From an uncultured delta proteobacterium (GTDB lineage: Bacteria > Desulfobacterota > RBG-13-43-22), in the NCBI GenBank assembly GCA_963802945.1, contig CAWDKY010000030.1, forward strand, positions 1-64,000: a DNA stretch of 64,000 nt, in the 5' to 3' direction. Positions 30,153 to 40,216 of this stretch are shown piece after piece. A program made the translations under genes and the position numbers. How positions within the stretch are numbered: the stretch's first letter is position 1; each line of letters opens with the position of its first letter. The notes below the pieces were generated by a model. It was not told where the DNA came from. It did no database searches and saw nothing but the letters and a program-made list of their open reading frames with translations.

Positions 30153-31360
30153 AAAAAGATTTCATCTTTACCTCTGAATCGGTCACTGAAGGACATCCGG
30201 ACAAATTGTGCGATCAAATCAGCGATGCCATTGTCGATCAATTTTTACAGCAGGATCCCTATGCCCGGGTCATTGCCGAGTGCGCGGTGGCCACGGCCAT
30301 CGTCTTCATTGCCGCCAGGTTTAATGCCGATGCCTCGGTTGATTTTTCCGCCTTGGCTCGAAATGTCATCAATCAGATCGGGTATAATCAGCAGGGATTT
30401 AACGGAAGAAGTTGCAGTATTGTCACCAGTCTAAAAGAAATGAACCTTCGCAACGAATCCCGCTTTGATGAGAGAACCATGCCGGAAGAGGAAATGGATC
30501 ACATCCTGATTAAAAATCAGGTGACCCTTTTTGGTTTCGCTTGTAACCAGACTCTTACCCTGATGCCGTTGCCCATCTGGTTGGCCCATAAGCTGGCCAG
30601 AAAGCTGACCTCCGTCCGGCTTCAACGGACCCTTTCTTATTTAGAACCGGATGGAAAAACCCAGGTGGCGGTGGAATTTCGGCAGGGGAAACCTTATCGA
30701 ATCCATAGTATCACCCTTATCGCCAGTCAAACCAAGGCGCCTCAATCGGGAGGGCCTACGCTTAAAGGCCTGGAGGACGACCTCAGAGAATTGGTCATTG
30801 CCCCGGTTTTTAAAGACGAAAAAATTATTCCTGATGAGAAGACGAGAATCTTTGTCAACCCGGACGGACCTTTCATTATGGGAGGGCCTTCTATTCATTC
30901 CGGTTTGACAGGAAGAAAAAATGCCATCGACACCTATGGAGAATATGCCCGTCAAAGCGGGGCCGCTCTGAGTGGGAAGGACCCATTGCGTATCGACAGG
31001 ATAGGCGCTTATGCCGCCAGGTATGCGGCCAAAAATATCGTGGCCGCCGGTCTGGCCGAGGAATGCGAAGTTCAACTCAGTTATTCCATTGGTTTTGCTC
31101 GCCCCGTGAGCATTCAAGTGGAAACTTTCGGCACCGGTAAGGTTTCCGAAGATAAGATAGTCGAACTTTTGGGAGATTATTTTGATTTTCGATTGGCCGG
31201 GATTTTGAAGCAATTCAATTTAAGATATCTGCCTTTAATCCTCAAAGGGGGATTTTATAGGAAGCTGGCCGCTTACGGCCATATGGGGCGGATGGACATC
31301 GGCCTTCCCTGGGAATTGACGGATAAGGCACGGGCGCTCAAGGCAGCGGTCGGATTTTAG
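30149..31360 (+). CDS. metK: S-adenosylmethionine synthetase (divergent copy)
   Basis: FTSESVTEGHPDK, PDGKTQV, GLTGRK, SGKD, AAYGHMGR; ATGA overlap with the ATPase. Confidence 0.9.
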   Translation: MKKDFIFTSESVTEGHPDKLCDQISDAIVDQFLQQDPYARVIAECAVATAIVFIAARFNADASVDFSALARNVINQIGYNQQGFNGRSCSIVTSLKEMNLRNESRFDERTMPEEEMDHILIKNQVTLFGFACNQTLTLMPLPIWLAHKLARKLTSVRLQRTLSYLEPDGKTQVAVEFRQGKPYRIHSITLIASQTKAPQSGGPTLKGLEDDLRELVIAPVFKDEKIIPDEKTRIFVNPDGPFIMGGPSIHSGLTGRKNAIDTYGEYARQSGAALSGKDPLRIDRIGAYAARYAAKNIVAAGLAEECEVQLSYSIGFARPVSIQVETFGTGKVSEDKIVELLGDYFDFRLAGILKQFNLRYLPLILKGGFYRKLAAYGHMGRMDIGLPWELTDKARALKAAVGF

Positions 31361-31420
31361 AAAAAAATGAAAGACAGCCGATTAGTCGGCCTTTAAAAAA
31401 ATAAGAAAAAAGGGCGGGGC

Positions 31421-31902
31421 TTATACCAGGACCGATAAAATCGAAAGAGGGGTCCCTTCTAGGGCCAGACCGACAAAAGAGCCGAATACGGCATCCCAGA
31501 CCAGATGGCCTATCTTCGAGGTAACCCCATTTATATATTGATCATTGGTCTGGGCCTTGTCCACCTTAAAATAACTGGAATTTTCCAATGCCGAATACGG
31601 CATCCCAGACCAGATGGCCTATCTTCGAGGCAGCCCCATGTATATATTGATCATTGGTCTGGGCCTTGTCCGACTTTAAAATAACCGGAATTTTCCAATA
31701 CAGTTATAATGGACCGCTCATGAACGGTTTTATGATCATAGTTGACCACGATACTCCCGGTCAAGGTATTGGCCGATGTCTTGGTAACTCCGGCATGTTG
31801 ATTCAAGAGACTCTCCACGTCAGAAGCCTTTTCCTGATTCCCTTTAACCAGAGGAGTCTTAATCCGTAACCTTCCGGGTATGCTGTGAATGAAATAGTTC
31901 AT
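31421..31902 (-). pseudogene. HMA2-domain protein disrupted by a ~109-bp internal tandem duplication and frameshift
   Basis: MNYFIHSIPGRLRIK; 31481..31589 is repeated at 31590..31699; C-terminus GLALEGTPLSILSVLV matches the 39491 copy. Confidence 0.7.
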
Positions 31903-31978
31903 CTTATTCCTCCTTTCATTACCGTACTGAAGTAGATCAGCCGAAAAACCTTTTTAATAAGTTTCAATATTTGAAGAT

Positions 31979-32018
31979 GTTACAATTTGATGACGGCAAC
32001 ATATCTTTTTTATTAAAA
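31979..32018 (-). promoter_or_regulatory. Pho-box array upstream of HMA2 copy 1
   Basis: TTTTAAT, AAGATAT, CCGTCAT, TTGTAAC at 11-bp spacing; conserved in all three copies. Confidence 0.7.
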
Positions 32019-32156
32019 ATAGAATTTAATGGTTTTAGCGGGTTATCCTTAATTACCCCACCCCTTGCCTCCTTGAATCTTTCCGTCATCGTCAACGTTT
32101 TTGAGATGATTTTAAGATTTTTCTGAGGCCACTTTTTTAATATAAAAAACACTATT

Positions 32157-32320
32157 CCGTCACGGTTTTGTCATATTTTTGGGTTTTTAATGTGACCCAT
32201 GAAAACGACTGAAGGATTTTTGGAAAAATTATACATTTTTACCAAAAGAGAAAAGATGTTGTTCGTTTCCGCTGTTTCGACTATCATGTTTGTAAAAGAT
32301 ACCTAAAAACAAACGGTAGC
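32157..32320 (+). pseudogene. Pho box (CCGTCAC-n4-TTGTCAT) plus an internally deleted remnant of the 40217 zinc-ribbon gene
   Basis: atgaaaacgactgaaggatt at 32199 and aaagatgttgttcgtttccgctgtt match the start and end of 40217..40525. Confidence 0.7.
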
Positions 32321-32403
32321 TTCGAAAAATCAACTGCATTATCCCATTTCGGATAATCCAGATCTCTTAAAATTTTGATAACATATATCGTCCGATAAAG
32401 AAC

Positions 32404-33021
32404 ATGAAACCTCTTTTGTATATAATGATTATTGCGTTAGTGAATAACCTGGATAATATCGGAGCCAGAATTGCGTATAGCATTCGAGGAATAAAAATAA
32501 ATATTCCGATAAATCTTTGGATTGCTGTAATTACCTTTATTATTTCTGGGTTTGCTGCTTTCTCAGGTACTCTGATAACAGGGGTTTTAAGTAAACAATG
32601 GGCCTCGGTTATAAGCATGTTGCTTCTTACCGCTATTGGTTTATGGATTATAGTAGAGCCTTACATGAAAAGAAGCAGCAGTTTTCTTAAGGCGTTTCAA
32701 CAGGAAAGTGGAGCAAGTATCTGGCATATTATGATGAAGCCCGAAAAGGCGGATAAGGATGACTCCAAACATCTTGATTTTAAGGAAGCAACGGTGCTGG
32801 GCATTGCTCTATCCATAAACAATATAGGTGGTGGATTAGGCGCCGGGATGATCGGTTTAAATTCATTTTGGGTGGGATTTTTTTCGGCCGTGATCAGTTT
32901 TCTTGCTCTTTGGGGAGGTAATTATATTACCGATTACTTTACAAGGTGGAATATAGGTAACAAGGCAACAGTCATAGCAGGTCTTGTTTTAATTGCAATC
33001 GGCCTAGAACAGATCCTATAA
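32404..33021 (+). CDS. YtaF/MntP-family membrane protein (putative Mn efflux)
   Basis: NNLDN.G, PEKADKDDSKHLDFKEA..LGIALSINN, G.VLIAIG. Confidence 0.8.
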   Translation: MKPLLYIMIIALVNNLDNIGARIAYSIRGIKINIPINLWIAVITFIISGFAAFSGTLITGVLSKQWASVISMLLLTAIGLWIIVEPYMKRSSSFLKAFQQESGASIWHIMMKPEKADKDDSKHLDFKEATVLGIALSINNIGGGLGAGMIGLNSFWVGFFSAVISFLALWGGNYITDYFTRWNIGNKATVIAGLVLIAIGLEQIL

Positions 33022-33648
33022 TCTTGCTGGAAAATATTATTCGGTAAATCTTAGCCTAAGAGAAGCATTCTTGTTAATCTTGTATTGATCTTCAATAACT
33101 TGAGGGAACAAAAGCAAAAAGTGAAAACACCGTGACATGCTTCCAACTGTTAGACATACCACCCTTATGCATCCTGACCTTCTCTTATCTCAAACGGTCC
33201 AGGGATCATGGAAACCCTGAAATCTTAGTCAAAGACTTCCTCATAGAATAGAAGCAGGAAATTCAACGGGTCTATTTGAAGTCAAGAGGATTTCGAATGT
33301 TCGCTATTTATATTGATTACTATTAAACTCTTCTGTTTTATTCAAAATGAAAGTTTGAGGAGGAAGCTATATGTAGCAAAAGAGATTGGCCCATAAAAGG
33401 CCTAACGGTCATTATCTAATCTGTTTTTTCTCAAGAAAAGAGGATGAGAAATGACCAAGGCACAGCCGATCTATAATAAGAGCCTTAACAGGGACAGGGA
33501 GTGTATTTCCCCAACTTTACCGCCTGGATTAGTGAATGAACTTAAAACAGTAAAAATAATCCTTAACGGGAAAATTTCCTGCCGCTCAGTGTAAAGAGTT
33601 TCAATTGACGTCTGGTTTTTAAGCAAAAGTTAAATCCATAACTTATAA

Positions 33649-33900
33649 AAGTGATTAATGCGTCATTAAACGGACAAAATTCCCTCCTAAGATAAATTTT
33701 AATTATTATAACCCTATCCTACGTGAATTGTGCGTTATTGAATTAATATGGGCGGAAAAAAACCATGAAGGCGCCGGTAAAAATTCTTCACCTTGATGTT
33801 GATTATATGCGGATTCCAGTTCAAAGTGCACCACTGAGAGTTTGATAAAAGACCTTGTGGGTATCTGCTGCAACATCGTGGATTCAGAATCAAGACGAAA
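33649..33900 (+). pseudogene. Pho-like array plus remnant of a half-receiver microprotein gene
   Basis: AAGTGAT, GCGTCAT, CGGACAA at 11-bp spacing; ATG 33765 MKAPVKILHLDVDY resembles 22770 MEVPIKILYIDADY. Confidence 0.55.
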
Positions 33901-33907
33901 CCGGACG

Positions 33908-35023
33908 CTATGGGCGTTCCAGTGGTCCGACTGTATTGAGTGCTGATAGGGTTTTCTCCGTGACATTGTCCGGCAGCCGGACGTATCCAAGCTGAGGGGC
34001 GTATTTCTGGCCTTCCTGCAGGCACCATTGGAATAGATCTCGGATGGACTTGGCTATTATGGGGTCCGGGTAATGCTTGTAGAGCAGGATCCAGCTAAAG
34101 GTGACGATAGGGTAGGAATCCGGTCCGGTTGGATCCGGGATGAAGACTCGCAGGTTCTCAGGCATTTCGGCCGTAGCTAAGGCGATTGTGCAACTCTGCT
34201 CCGTAGGCTTGACGAATTTCCCTTCCTTGTTTTCGAGAACTGCCGATTTCAGCCCCAGTTTGTGAGCGAACTCATAACTCACATAGCCGATTGAGCCGAT
34301 GGACTGGTTGATCCGTGCGGCGACGCCCTCATTGCCTTTGGCCCGCATGGCGTTACCGGGCCAATTCACCAGAGTGGCCGGACCATGCTGAGAACGCCAC
34401 TTTTCGCTGACAGCGTCGAGGTGTTTAGTAAAGGCATAGGTCGTGCCGCTACTGTCCTGACGCACGACAGTGGCGATGGAAAGCTTCGGGAGCTTTAGGC
34501 CCGGATTAGTCCTGGCAATGGCCGGGTCGTTCCAATTCTTGATCTCCCCTTGAAATATACCGGTATAAGCCTTACGTGAGAGCTTGAGATCCTCCGTCAG
34601 GTCGGGGAGGTTGTAAGCGAGTACTACACTACCGGCCGTGAGGGGCAACAAGACCACGCCGGTGGAGACCTTCCCCATATCCTCGTCCTTCATGGCGGCA
34701 TCGCTGGCCCCGAAATCCACCCGCTCCTCTTCTTTGACATTCTTCCCGATGAACCGCCGGATGCCTTCTCCACTGCCGACGCCGTCGTAGGTGATGACCG
34801 TCTTGGGGTGATCATTATGATAGACCTCAAACCAGCGTTTGTAGAGCCAGGAAGGAAAGGTAGCCCCGGCGCCACGCAAAAGAACACCGCCGGATGGGAC
34901 TTTAACCTTCTCTTTATTGCCATCCTGCGAAGAGCAGCCATGAAGACCCATCAGAAGAACTAAGATGGCCGTCAAAAGCACAGTACCTCTCAAAACCGTA
35001 TATATCGCTTTATAGACTCGCAT
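33908..35023 (-). CDS. pstS: PstS (second binding protein of set 2, probable lipoprotein)
   Basis: LHGC lipobox-like, GAGATFP, DFGASD, RQDSSGTT. Confidence 0.9.
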   Translation of the reverse strand: MRVYKAIYTVLRGTVLLTAILVLLMGLHGCSSQDGNKEKVKVPSGGVLLRGAGATFPSWLYKRWFEVYHNDHPKTVITYDGVGSGEGIRRFIGKNVKEEERVDFGASDAAMKDEDMGKVSTGVVLLPLTAGSVVLAYNLPDLTEDLKLSRKAYTGIFQGEIKNWNDPAIARTNPGLKLPKLSIATVVRQDSSGTTYAFTKHLDAVSEKWRSQHGPATLVNWPGNAMRAKGNEGVAARINQSIGSIGYVSYEFAHKLGLKSAVLENKEGKFVKPTEQSCTIALATAEMPENLRVFIPDPTGPDSYPIVTFSWILLYKHYPDPIIAKSIRDLFQWCLQEGQKYAPQLGYVRLPDNVTEKTLSALNTVGPLERP

Positions 35024-35150
35024 AGTGTTTTCTCTCTTCTTTGGATAAGAATATCAACCCCACTCCTGTTGGCCTTGACAAATGCTGAAGAACACCCGGC
35101 GGGGAGAAGCGGTGACCCGCCGGGGCTTCAGGGCGCGCAGAAGTTGCTCG

Positions 35151-36005
35151 TTAGCTGAACTGACCCTTGATATAGTCTTTGGTGTACTGTTCTTTGGGAT
35201 CATGAAATATTTGTTCGGATTGGCCGAATTCAACCAGGTAACCGCACCTGCCGCCGTCCGAGGTGTCTACATACATGAACCCGGTGTTATCGGCGACACG
35301 CTGCGCCTGCTGCAGGTTATGAGTGACAATGGCAATCGTGTAGCGGGTCTTCAGTTCGACCATGAGTTCTTCGATCTTGCGGGTGGCGATAGGGTCGAGG
35401 GCCGAGCAGGGCTCATCCATGAGGAGCACTTCCGGTTCCGTGGCGATGGCCCTGGCAATACAGAGTCGCTGCTGCTGACCTCCGGATAGCGAAAGACCGC
35501 TCTTGTGCAGTTTGTCCTTGACTTCATCCCACAGCACGGCGCGTTTCAAAGCCTCTTCCACCTTTTCAGCGACCGGCCCCTTATAGCGGTTCAGCCTCAA
35601 GCCGAAGGCCACGTTATGATAAACGCTCATGGCGAATGGGTTAGGCTGTTGAAAGACCATGCCGATAAAGCGCCGCACCGCAGTGGCATCTACGGACGGG
35701 TGATAGATATCCTGGCCTCGAAAGTGCACATGACCTTTGAACCGAAAACCCCTCACCAGGTCGTTCATCCGATTCAGGCAGCGTAAAACCGTGCTTTTCC
35801 CGCACCCTGACGGTCCGATAAAGGCCGTGATTCTATTCTTCTTGACCGGAATAGAGGTGTCTCTAACGGCCTTGAAGGTGCTGTAGTAAAGCTCTTTTAT
35901 ATTGCAGTCGATGACAAAGCCATCACTCTCGGTCGCTTTGACCGACCCTTCTGAGGGTTCAGTCCGGCCGTTCGATGGTTCGTCTTTCTTGGTTGCAGTT
36001 TTCAT
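35151..36005 (-). CDS. pstB: PstB (set 2)
   Basis: [30 protein letters not shown]. Confidence 0.95.
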   Translation of the reverse strand: MKTATKKDEPSNGRTEPSEGSVKATESDGFVIDCNIKELYYSTFKAVRDTSIPVKKNRITAFIGPSGCGKSTVLRCLNRMNDLVRGFRFKGHVHFRGQDIYHPSVDATAVRRFIGMVFQQPNPFAMSVYHNVAFGLRLNRYKGPVAEKVEEALKRAVLWDEVKDKLHKSGLSLSGGQQQRLCIARAIATEPEVLLMDEPCSALDPIATRKIEELMVELKTRYTIAIVTHNLQQAQRVADNTGFMYVDTSDGGRCGYLVEFGQSEQIFHDPKEQYTKDYIKGQFS

Positions 36006-36017
36006 GTCTTGTTTCTC

Positions 36018-36980
36018 CTATTCGTAAATCTGGCGGCGTGAAAAGGCTTGCCCAATAAGATTGGTGGCCAACACCAGCAATACGAGCACCAGTGCGGCGA
36101 CCCAGGCCAGTTCCACCTGATTCTCAAAGGGCATACTGGCGAAGTTGTAGATGAGCACCGCTAACGACGCCGTCGGTTGTTTAAGGTCGAATCCTCCTCG
36201 GAAAAGCCAGTAGTTGCTGAAAAGGGCCGTGAAAAGTAACGGCGCCGTTTCGCCGGCGGCGCGAGCTATGGCTAACATGATGCCGGTGAGAATACCGGGC
36301 ATGGCTGTGGGCAGAAGGACCATCCAGGTGGTCTGCGTGGGAGTCGCTCCCATCCCGATTGAGGCTTCCCGCATTTTCGCCGGGACCATACGAATGGCGT
36401 CTTCAGCGGTCAGCATGATGGTCGGCAGCATCAGAATAGAAAGGGCGACACCCCCGGCGATCGCCGAGTAACCGCCGAAAGTCAACACCAGGACGCCGTA
36501 AGCGAACACACCGGCCAGGATAGATGGAAATCCGGTGAGGACCTTGGCCGCGAACCTGACCGCACCGGCCAGCGGGCTCTCCGATCTGGACTGGGCCAAA
36601 TAGACAGCGCTCAGAATACCGATGGGAATACTAATCAAGGCTGCGAGGACGACCATGATCAGTGTGCCGAGTATGGCGTTACCGAACCCTCCGCCTTGCT
36701 CCATGGGCGCGGGAGGCAGTTGAGTGAAGACGTCGAAGCTGAGCCGCTGACCGCCACGCCATAACAGCATCAAGACCACGGAGAACAGAGGGATCAGGGC
36801 CAGCAATGTCATTGCCGATACCAGCGAACTCAAAAGCAGGTCAATTAACGTACGGGGTCGCCGGAGAGACTTCTCCAGCTCTGAGAAGTTTACGTCCGCA
36901 AACAGGTCGACCTCAGGCCCAACGAGACCGGGGGGAACAGGTGTGACTCCCGGATTCGTGACGGTATCCGGTAAGGTCAT
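36018..36980 (-). CDS. pstA: PstA (set 2)
   Basis: [21 protein letters not shown]. Confidence 0.95.
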   Translation of the reverse strand: MTLPDTVTNPGVTPVPPGLVGPEVDLFADVNFSELEKSLRRPRTLIDLLLSSLVSAMTLLALIPLFSVVLMLLWRGGQRLSFDVFTQLPPAPMEQGGGFGNAILGTLIMVVLAALISIPIGILSAVYLAQSRSESPLAGAVRFAAKVLTGFPSILAGVFAYGVLVLTFGGYSAIAGGVALSILMLPTIMLTAEDAIRMVPAKMREASIGMGATPTQTTWMVLLPTAMPGILTGIMLAIARAAGETAPLLFTALFSNYWLFRGGFDLKQPTASLAVLIYNFASMPFENQVELAWVAALVLVLLVLATNLIGQAFSRRQIYE

Positions 36981-37999
36981 TATTTTCCTCCTTCCTGTCC
37001 GGCTGAGGCCCGTTGAAGAATGACCGAACCAACGATATTGACAAACAGTGTAATCGCCAGGAGGACCAGTGCGGCATACATCAGCACACCCACGTCCTTT
37101 TTGGCCGCTTCAGGAAAATTGTTGGCCAGGAGCGCCGCCAGAGTGTTGGCTGGTGAAAACAAAGAAACACTGATACGGTTGGCATTACCAACGAGCATGG
37201 CCAGGGCCATTGTCTCCCCTAAAGCACGTCCAAAGGCCAGGATCACTGCCCCGACAATACCACGCGAAGCGGTAGGGAGAATAACCGCCAGAATGGTCTC
37301 CCAACGTGTTGCGCCCATGCCGTAGGCAGCCATCCGAAGCTTTGAAGGTACCGAAACCAGGACGTCACGGCTGATAGCCGTAATGGTTGGAAGAATCATG
37401 ATCGATAGGACAAGAACGGCCGGAAGCACCCCAGGCCCGGTCAATGTGGTGCCGAAGAGGGGGATCCATCCGAGTTTCAAGTTGAGCCAGTTGCAGGCCG
37501 GCCGTATAAGCGGGATGATCACATACAAACCCCATAACCCGTAAACGACGCTGGGGATGGCAGCCAGCAGTTCGATCAAGTTCTTAAGCAGGGCCTCCAC
37601 CCGGTCGGGCAGTTTACCCAGCTTCGGATGGAACTGAAGTCCGAAAGCCTTCAAGGCTCGAAATACACTTTGGGCGAGGAACCCTTCGCTGAGGAAAATG
37701 GCTGCGGCCACACCGAAGGCCGTACCTATGAGCAAGGCCAGGAAAGAGGTGTAGAGTGTCCCAAAGATTTCCGGTAGGATCCCGAACTGTCCTGTGTTGG
37801 GGTCCCAGGTGGTACCGGTTAGAAATCCAAACCCGAACTTCCGCATTGCGGGCACGGCATTCATAACGATCTCCAGCACAATGAATGCCACTATGAGGAC
37901 CGACAGCCAGGCGAACCCGTAGCACAGCCAACGAAAAGAGGTATCCGCTATCTGTTGGGAACGGGTCGGTGGCCGTGAGATCTGTTCTATATCAAACAT
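36980..37999 (-). CDS. pstC: PstC (set 2)
   Basis: LAAIPSVVYGLWG, GRALGETMA. Confidence 0.95.
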   Translation of the reverse strand: MFDIEQISRPPTRSQQIADTSFRWLCYGFAWLSVLIVAFIVLEIVMNAVPAMRKFGFGFLTGTTWDPNTGQFGILPEIFGTLYTSFLALLIGTAFGVAAAIFLSEGFLAQSVFRALKAFGLQFHPKLGKLPDRVEALLKNLIELLAAIPSVVYGLWGLYVIIPLIRPACNWLNLKLGWIPLFGTTLTGPGVLPAVLVLSIMILPTITAISRDVLVSVPSKLRMAAYGMGATRWETILAVILPTASRGIVGAVILAFGRALGETMALAMLVGNANRISVSLFSPANTLAALLANNFPEAAKKDVGVLMYAALVLLAITLFVNIVGSVILQRASAGQEGGK

Positions 38000-38102
38000 G
38001 ATTGCACCTTCTTCAGTCGCCCCCTGCCTGGGAGCCGCCCTTGTTATTCTTTTACATACTCAATATCGGTCTGCGCTTGCAATGCCAGTTGACGCCCGGC
38101 TG

Positions 38103-39125
38103 TTACTTAATGTTCTGGAGGGCAGCAAGCACCTTTTCGCTTACAGGCTTCGGCAGCGGGATGTATCCAAGAGGCTCAGCATCCTTCTGCCCTTCGGTCA
38201 GGACATATTTCAAAAGGTCGTGGAGTACCGCGGTTTTCTTTTTGTCCGGGTAGTTCTTGTAAAGAACAAGCCAGGTATATGTGACAATAGGATAGGCATC
38301 CTTGGCCTCAGGATCGGAGATCCAGGCAATCAGATCGTTGGGTATCTTGGCCGAAGCCAAAGCTGCCTGACCGGAGGCCGGAGTCGCCGTGATGTACTTA
38401 CCGGACTTATTCTCCAGGATGACTGTGGAGAGCTTTTGGCTCTTGGCATAGCCGTACTCAACGTAGCCGATGGACCCTGGCGTGGTCTTGATACTGGCAG
38501 TGACTCCTTCATTGCCCTTGGAACGGGTTCCCGCCGGCCAGTTCGGCATCTTATTGGTGCCGGGGCTCTTGGCGAAGTCCGGACTGATGACACTCAGATG
38601 CTTGGTGAATACGTAGGTCGTACCGCTGCTGTCGGCTCGCACGATCAAGTTAATTGGCGCGTCGGGAAGTTTAACCCCGGGGTTGGTATGGGCGATCAAA
38701 GGATCGTTCCACTTTTTGATCTTGCCCAAAAAGATGTCGGCGTAGGCCTTCCGCGACAATTTCAACTCAGTCACGCCCGCTATATTATAGGCCAGCACGA
38801 TGCTGCCGGCGGTCACAGGGAGACACTGCACCCCGGCTGCGACCTGAGACATCTCCTCCGGCGTCATAGCGGCGTCACTGGCGCCAAAGTCCACGGTTTT
38901 GTCCATGAAGCTCTTAACCCCGCTACCGCTGCCGACCGATTGGTAGTCGATCTGTACATTATTGTGTGACCCGCTGTAGGTTTTGAACCATTTGAAGTAA
39001 AGCGGGGCAGGAAAACTTGCCCCTGCACCCTGCAACTTGACGAGATCGGCGGCTTGGCCCCAGGCGGTGAAATCCAAGACAATTACCGCAACCCAAATAA
39101 TCGAACTCCAACGAGCAAACTTCAT
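38103..39125 (-). CDS. pstS: PstS (set 2)
   Basis: Signal peptide, GAGASFP, DFGASD, RADSSGTT; SD AGGAG. Confidence 0.95.
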   Translation of the reverse strand: MKFARWSSIIWVAVIVLDFTAWGQAADLVKLQGAGASFPAPLYFKWFKTYSGSHNNVQIDYQSVGSGSGVKSFMDKTVDFGASDAAMTPEEMSQVAAGVQCLPVTAGSIVLAYNIAGVTELKLSRKAYADIFLGKIKKWNDPLIAHTNPGVKLPDAPINLIVRADSSGTTYVFTKHLSVISPDFAKSPGTNKMPNWPAGTRSKGNEGVTASIKTTPGSIGYVEYGYAKSQKLSTVILENKSGKYITATPASGQAALASAKIPNDLIAWISDPEAKDAYPIVTYTWLVLYKNYPDKKKTAVLHDLLKYVLTEGQKDAEPLGYIPLPKPVSEKVLAALQNIK

Positions 39126-39301
39126 GTCAATTCTCCTTTCATATGGCTCTGTCAATAATAGTGATTTGCGTGCCTATCATAAATAATCAGTATGGCTGTC
39201 GTGCTCGTGGCCCGAGCAGCGGTTAAACAATTTTTCATAAACACCGCATCCTGAAGAAAAGCTAATCACCTTTCCCAACTTATTTAAATATCATACCCAT
39301 T

Positions 39302-39330
39302 GTTAAGACAATGTTACGGCTGCGTGAAAT
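39302..39330 (-). promoter_or_regulatory. Pho-box array upstream of pst set 2
   Basis: ATTTCAC-n4-CCGTAAC-n4-TCTTAAC. Confidence 0.65.
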
Positions 39331-39490
39331 CTTTGTGTCCTCTCCTGTCATCTCATTTTTCGACTGGGTGATTCCGGTCTAACCAACCCGCATAAGACCC
39401 CCAGGCGCTTAAGATAGCGGTGGGATTTTAGGAAAAAATGAAGACAGCCGATTAATCGGCCTTCAAAAAAATAAGAAAAAAGGGCGGGGC

Positions 39491-39862
39491 TTATACCAGG
39501 ATCGATAAAATCGAAAGAGGGGTCCCTTCCAGGGCCAGGCCGACAAAGGAGCCGATTACGGCATCCCAGAGCAATTTCCCAACCCTGGAGGCGGCACTGT
39601 GGATATATTGGTCGTTGGTCATGGCCTTGTCTGTTTTAAAATAACCGGCATTTTCCAATAGGTTTATGATCGATTGCTCGCTGACGGTCTTATGATCATA
39701 ATTGACCACGACACTCCCGGTCAACGGGTTGACCGAGGTCTTGGTGACTCCGGCAGATCTATTCAACAGAAATTCCACATCAGAGGCTTTTTCCTGATTT
39801 CCTTTAACCAAAGGGGACTTAATTCTTAACCTGCCGGGTATGCTGTGCATATAATAGCTCAT
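39491..39862 (-). CDS. HMA2-domain protein with C-terminal hydrophobic helices (intact copy)
   Basis: HSIPGRLRIK, NPLTGSVVVNYD; SD AGGAGG; Pho array at 39950..39989. Confidence 0.85.
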   Translation of the reverse strand: MSYYMHSIPGRLRIKSPLVKGNQEKASDVEFLLNRSAGVTKTSVNPLTGSVVVNYDHKTVSEQSIINLLENAGYFKTDKAMTNDQYIHSAASRVGKLLWDAVIGSFVGLALEGTPLSILSILV

Positions 39863-40154
39863 TTAATTCCTCCTCTTAAAACCGCGCTTGAATAAGTAGG
39901 ATAAAATCTTCTTTCATCATTTTCATGGTTAGGAAGATAATCCCTTTTTGTGACAATTTAATGACGGCAACATATCTTTTTTATTAAAAAAAGGGGGGCT
40001 TCTCCCAATTAATTGGGGCCAAGGGATCAAGAATTTGAAGATTCGAGTGGTCGTTCTTTTAATTCCAGTGGCCTTTCCCTTGAATCCAGTACCCTCGGCT
40101 TTTTGAATTCTTGCCTGTTTTTGATGCTTCGAGTCAATCAACAGGGGCCTGAAA

Positions 40155-40210
40155 GTTTAATAGAAATACTACGATTTCGTCACGGTTTTGTAATATTTCT
40201 GGGTTCTAAT
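40155..40210 (+). promoter_or_regulatory. Pho-box promoter
   Basis: GTTTAAT, ATACTAC, TCGTCAC, TTGTAAT at 11-bp spacing, then 10 bp to a -10-like TCTAAT. Confidence 0.7.
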
Positions 40211-40216
40211 GGTACC

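Larger units (their letters stand above)
31330..32320. repeat. Segmental duplication, copy A (metK 3' end, HMA2 gene, Pho arrays, zinc-ribbon remnant)
   Basis: Near-identical to about 39403..40500, e.g. aaaaaaataagaaaaaagggcggggcttataccagga. Confidence 0.85.

Noticed and set aside
31481-31699. Possible CRISPR-like repeat
   Set aside because: Only two adjacent ~109-bp coding units with no spacers and no cas genes. No CRISPR array, tRNA or rRNA was recognised anywhere in the window.
37998-38969. 323-aa plus-strand ORF
   Set aside because: Antisense to a clear pstS in GC-rich DNA.
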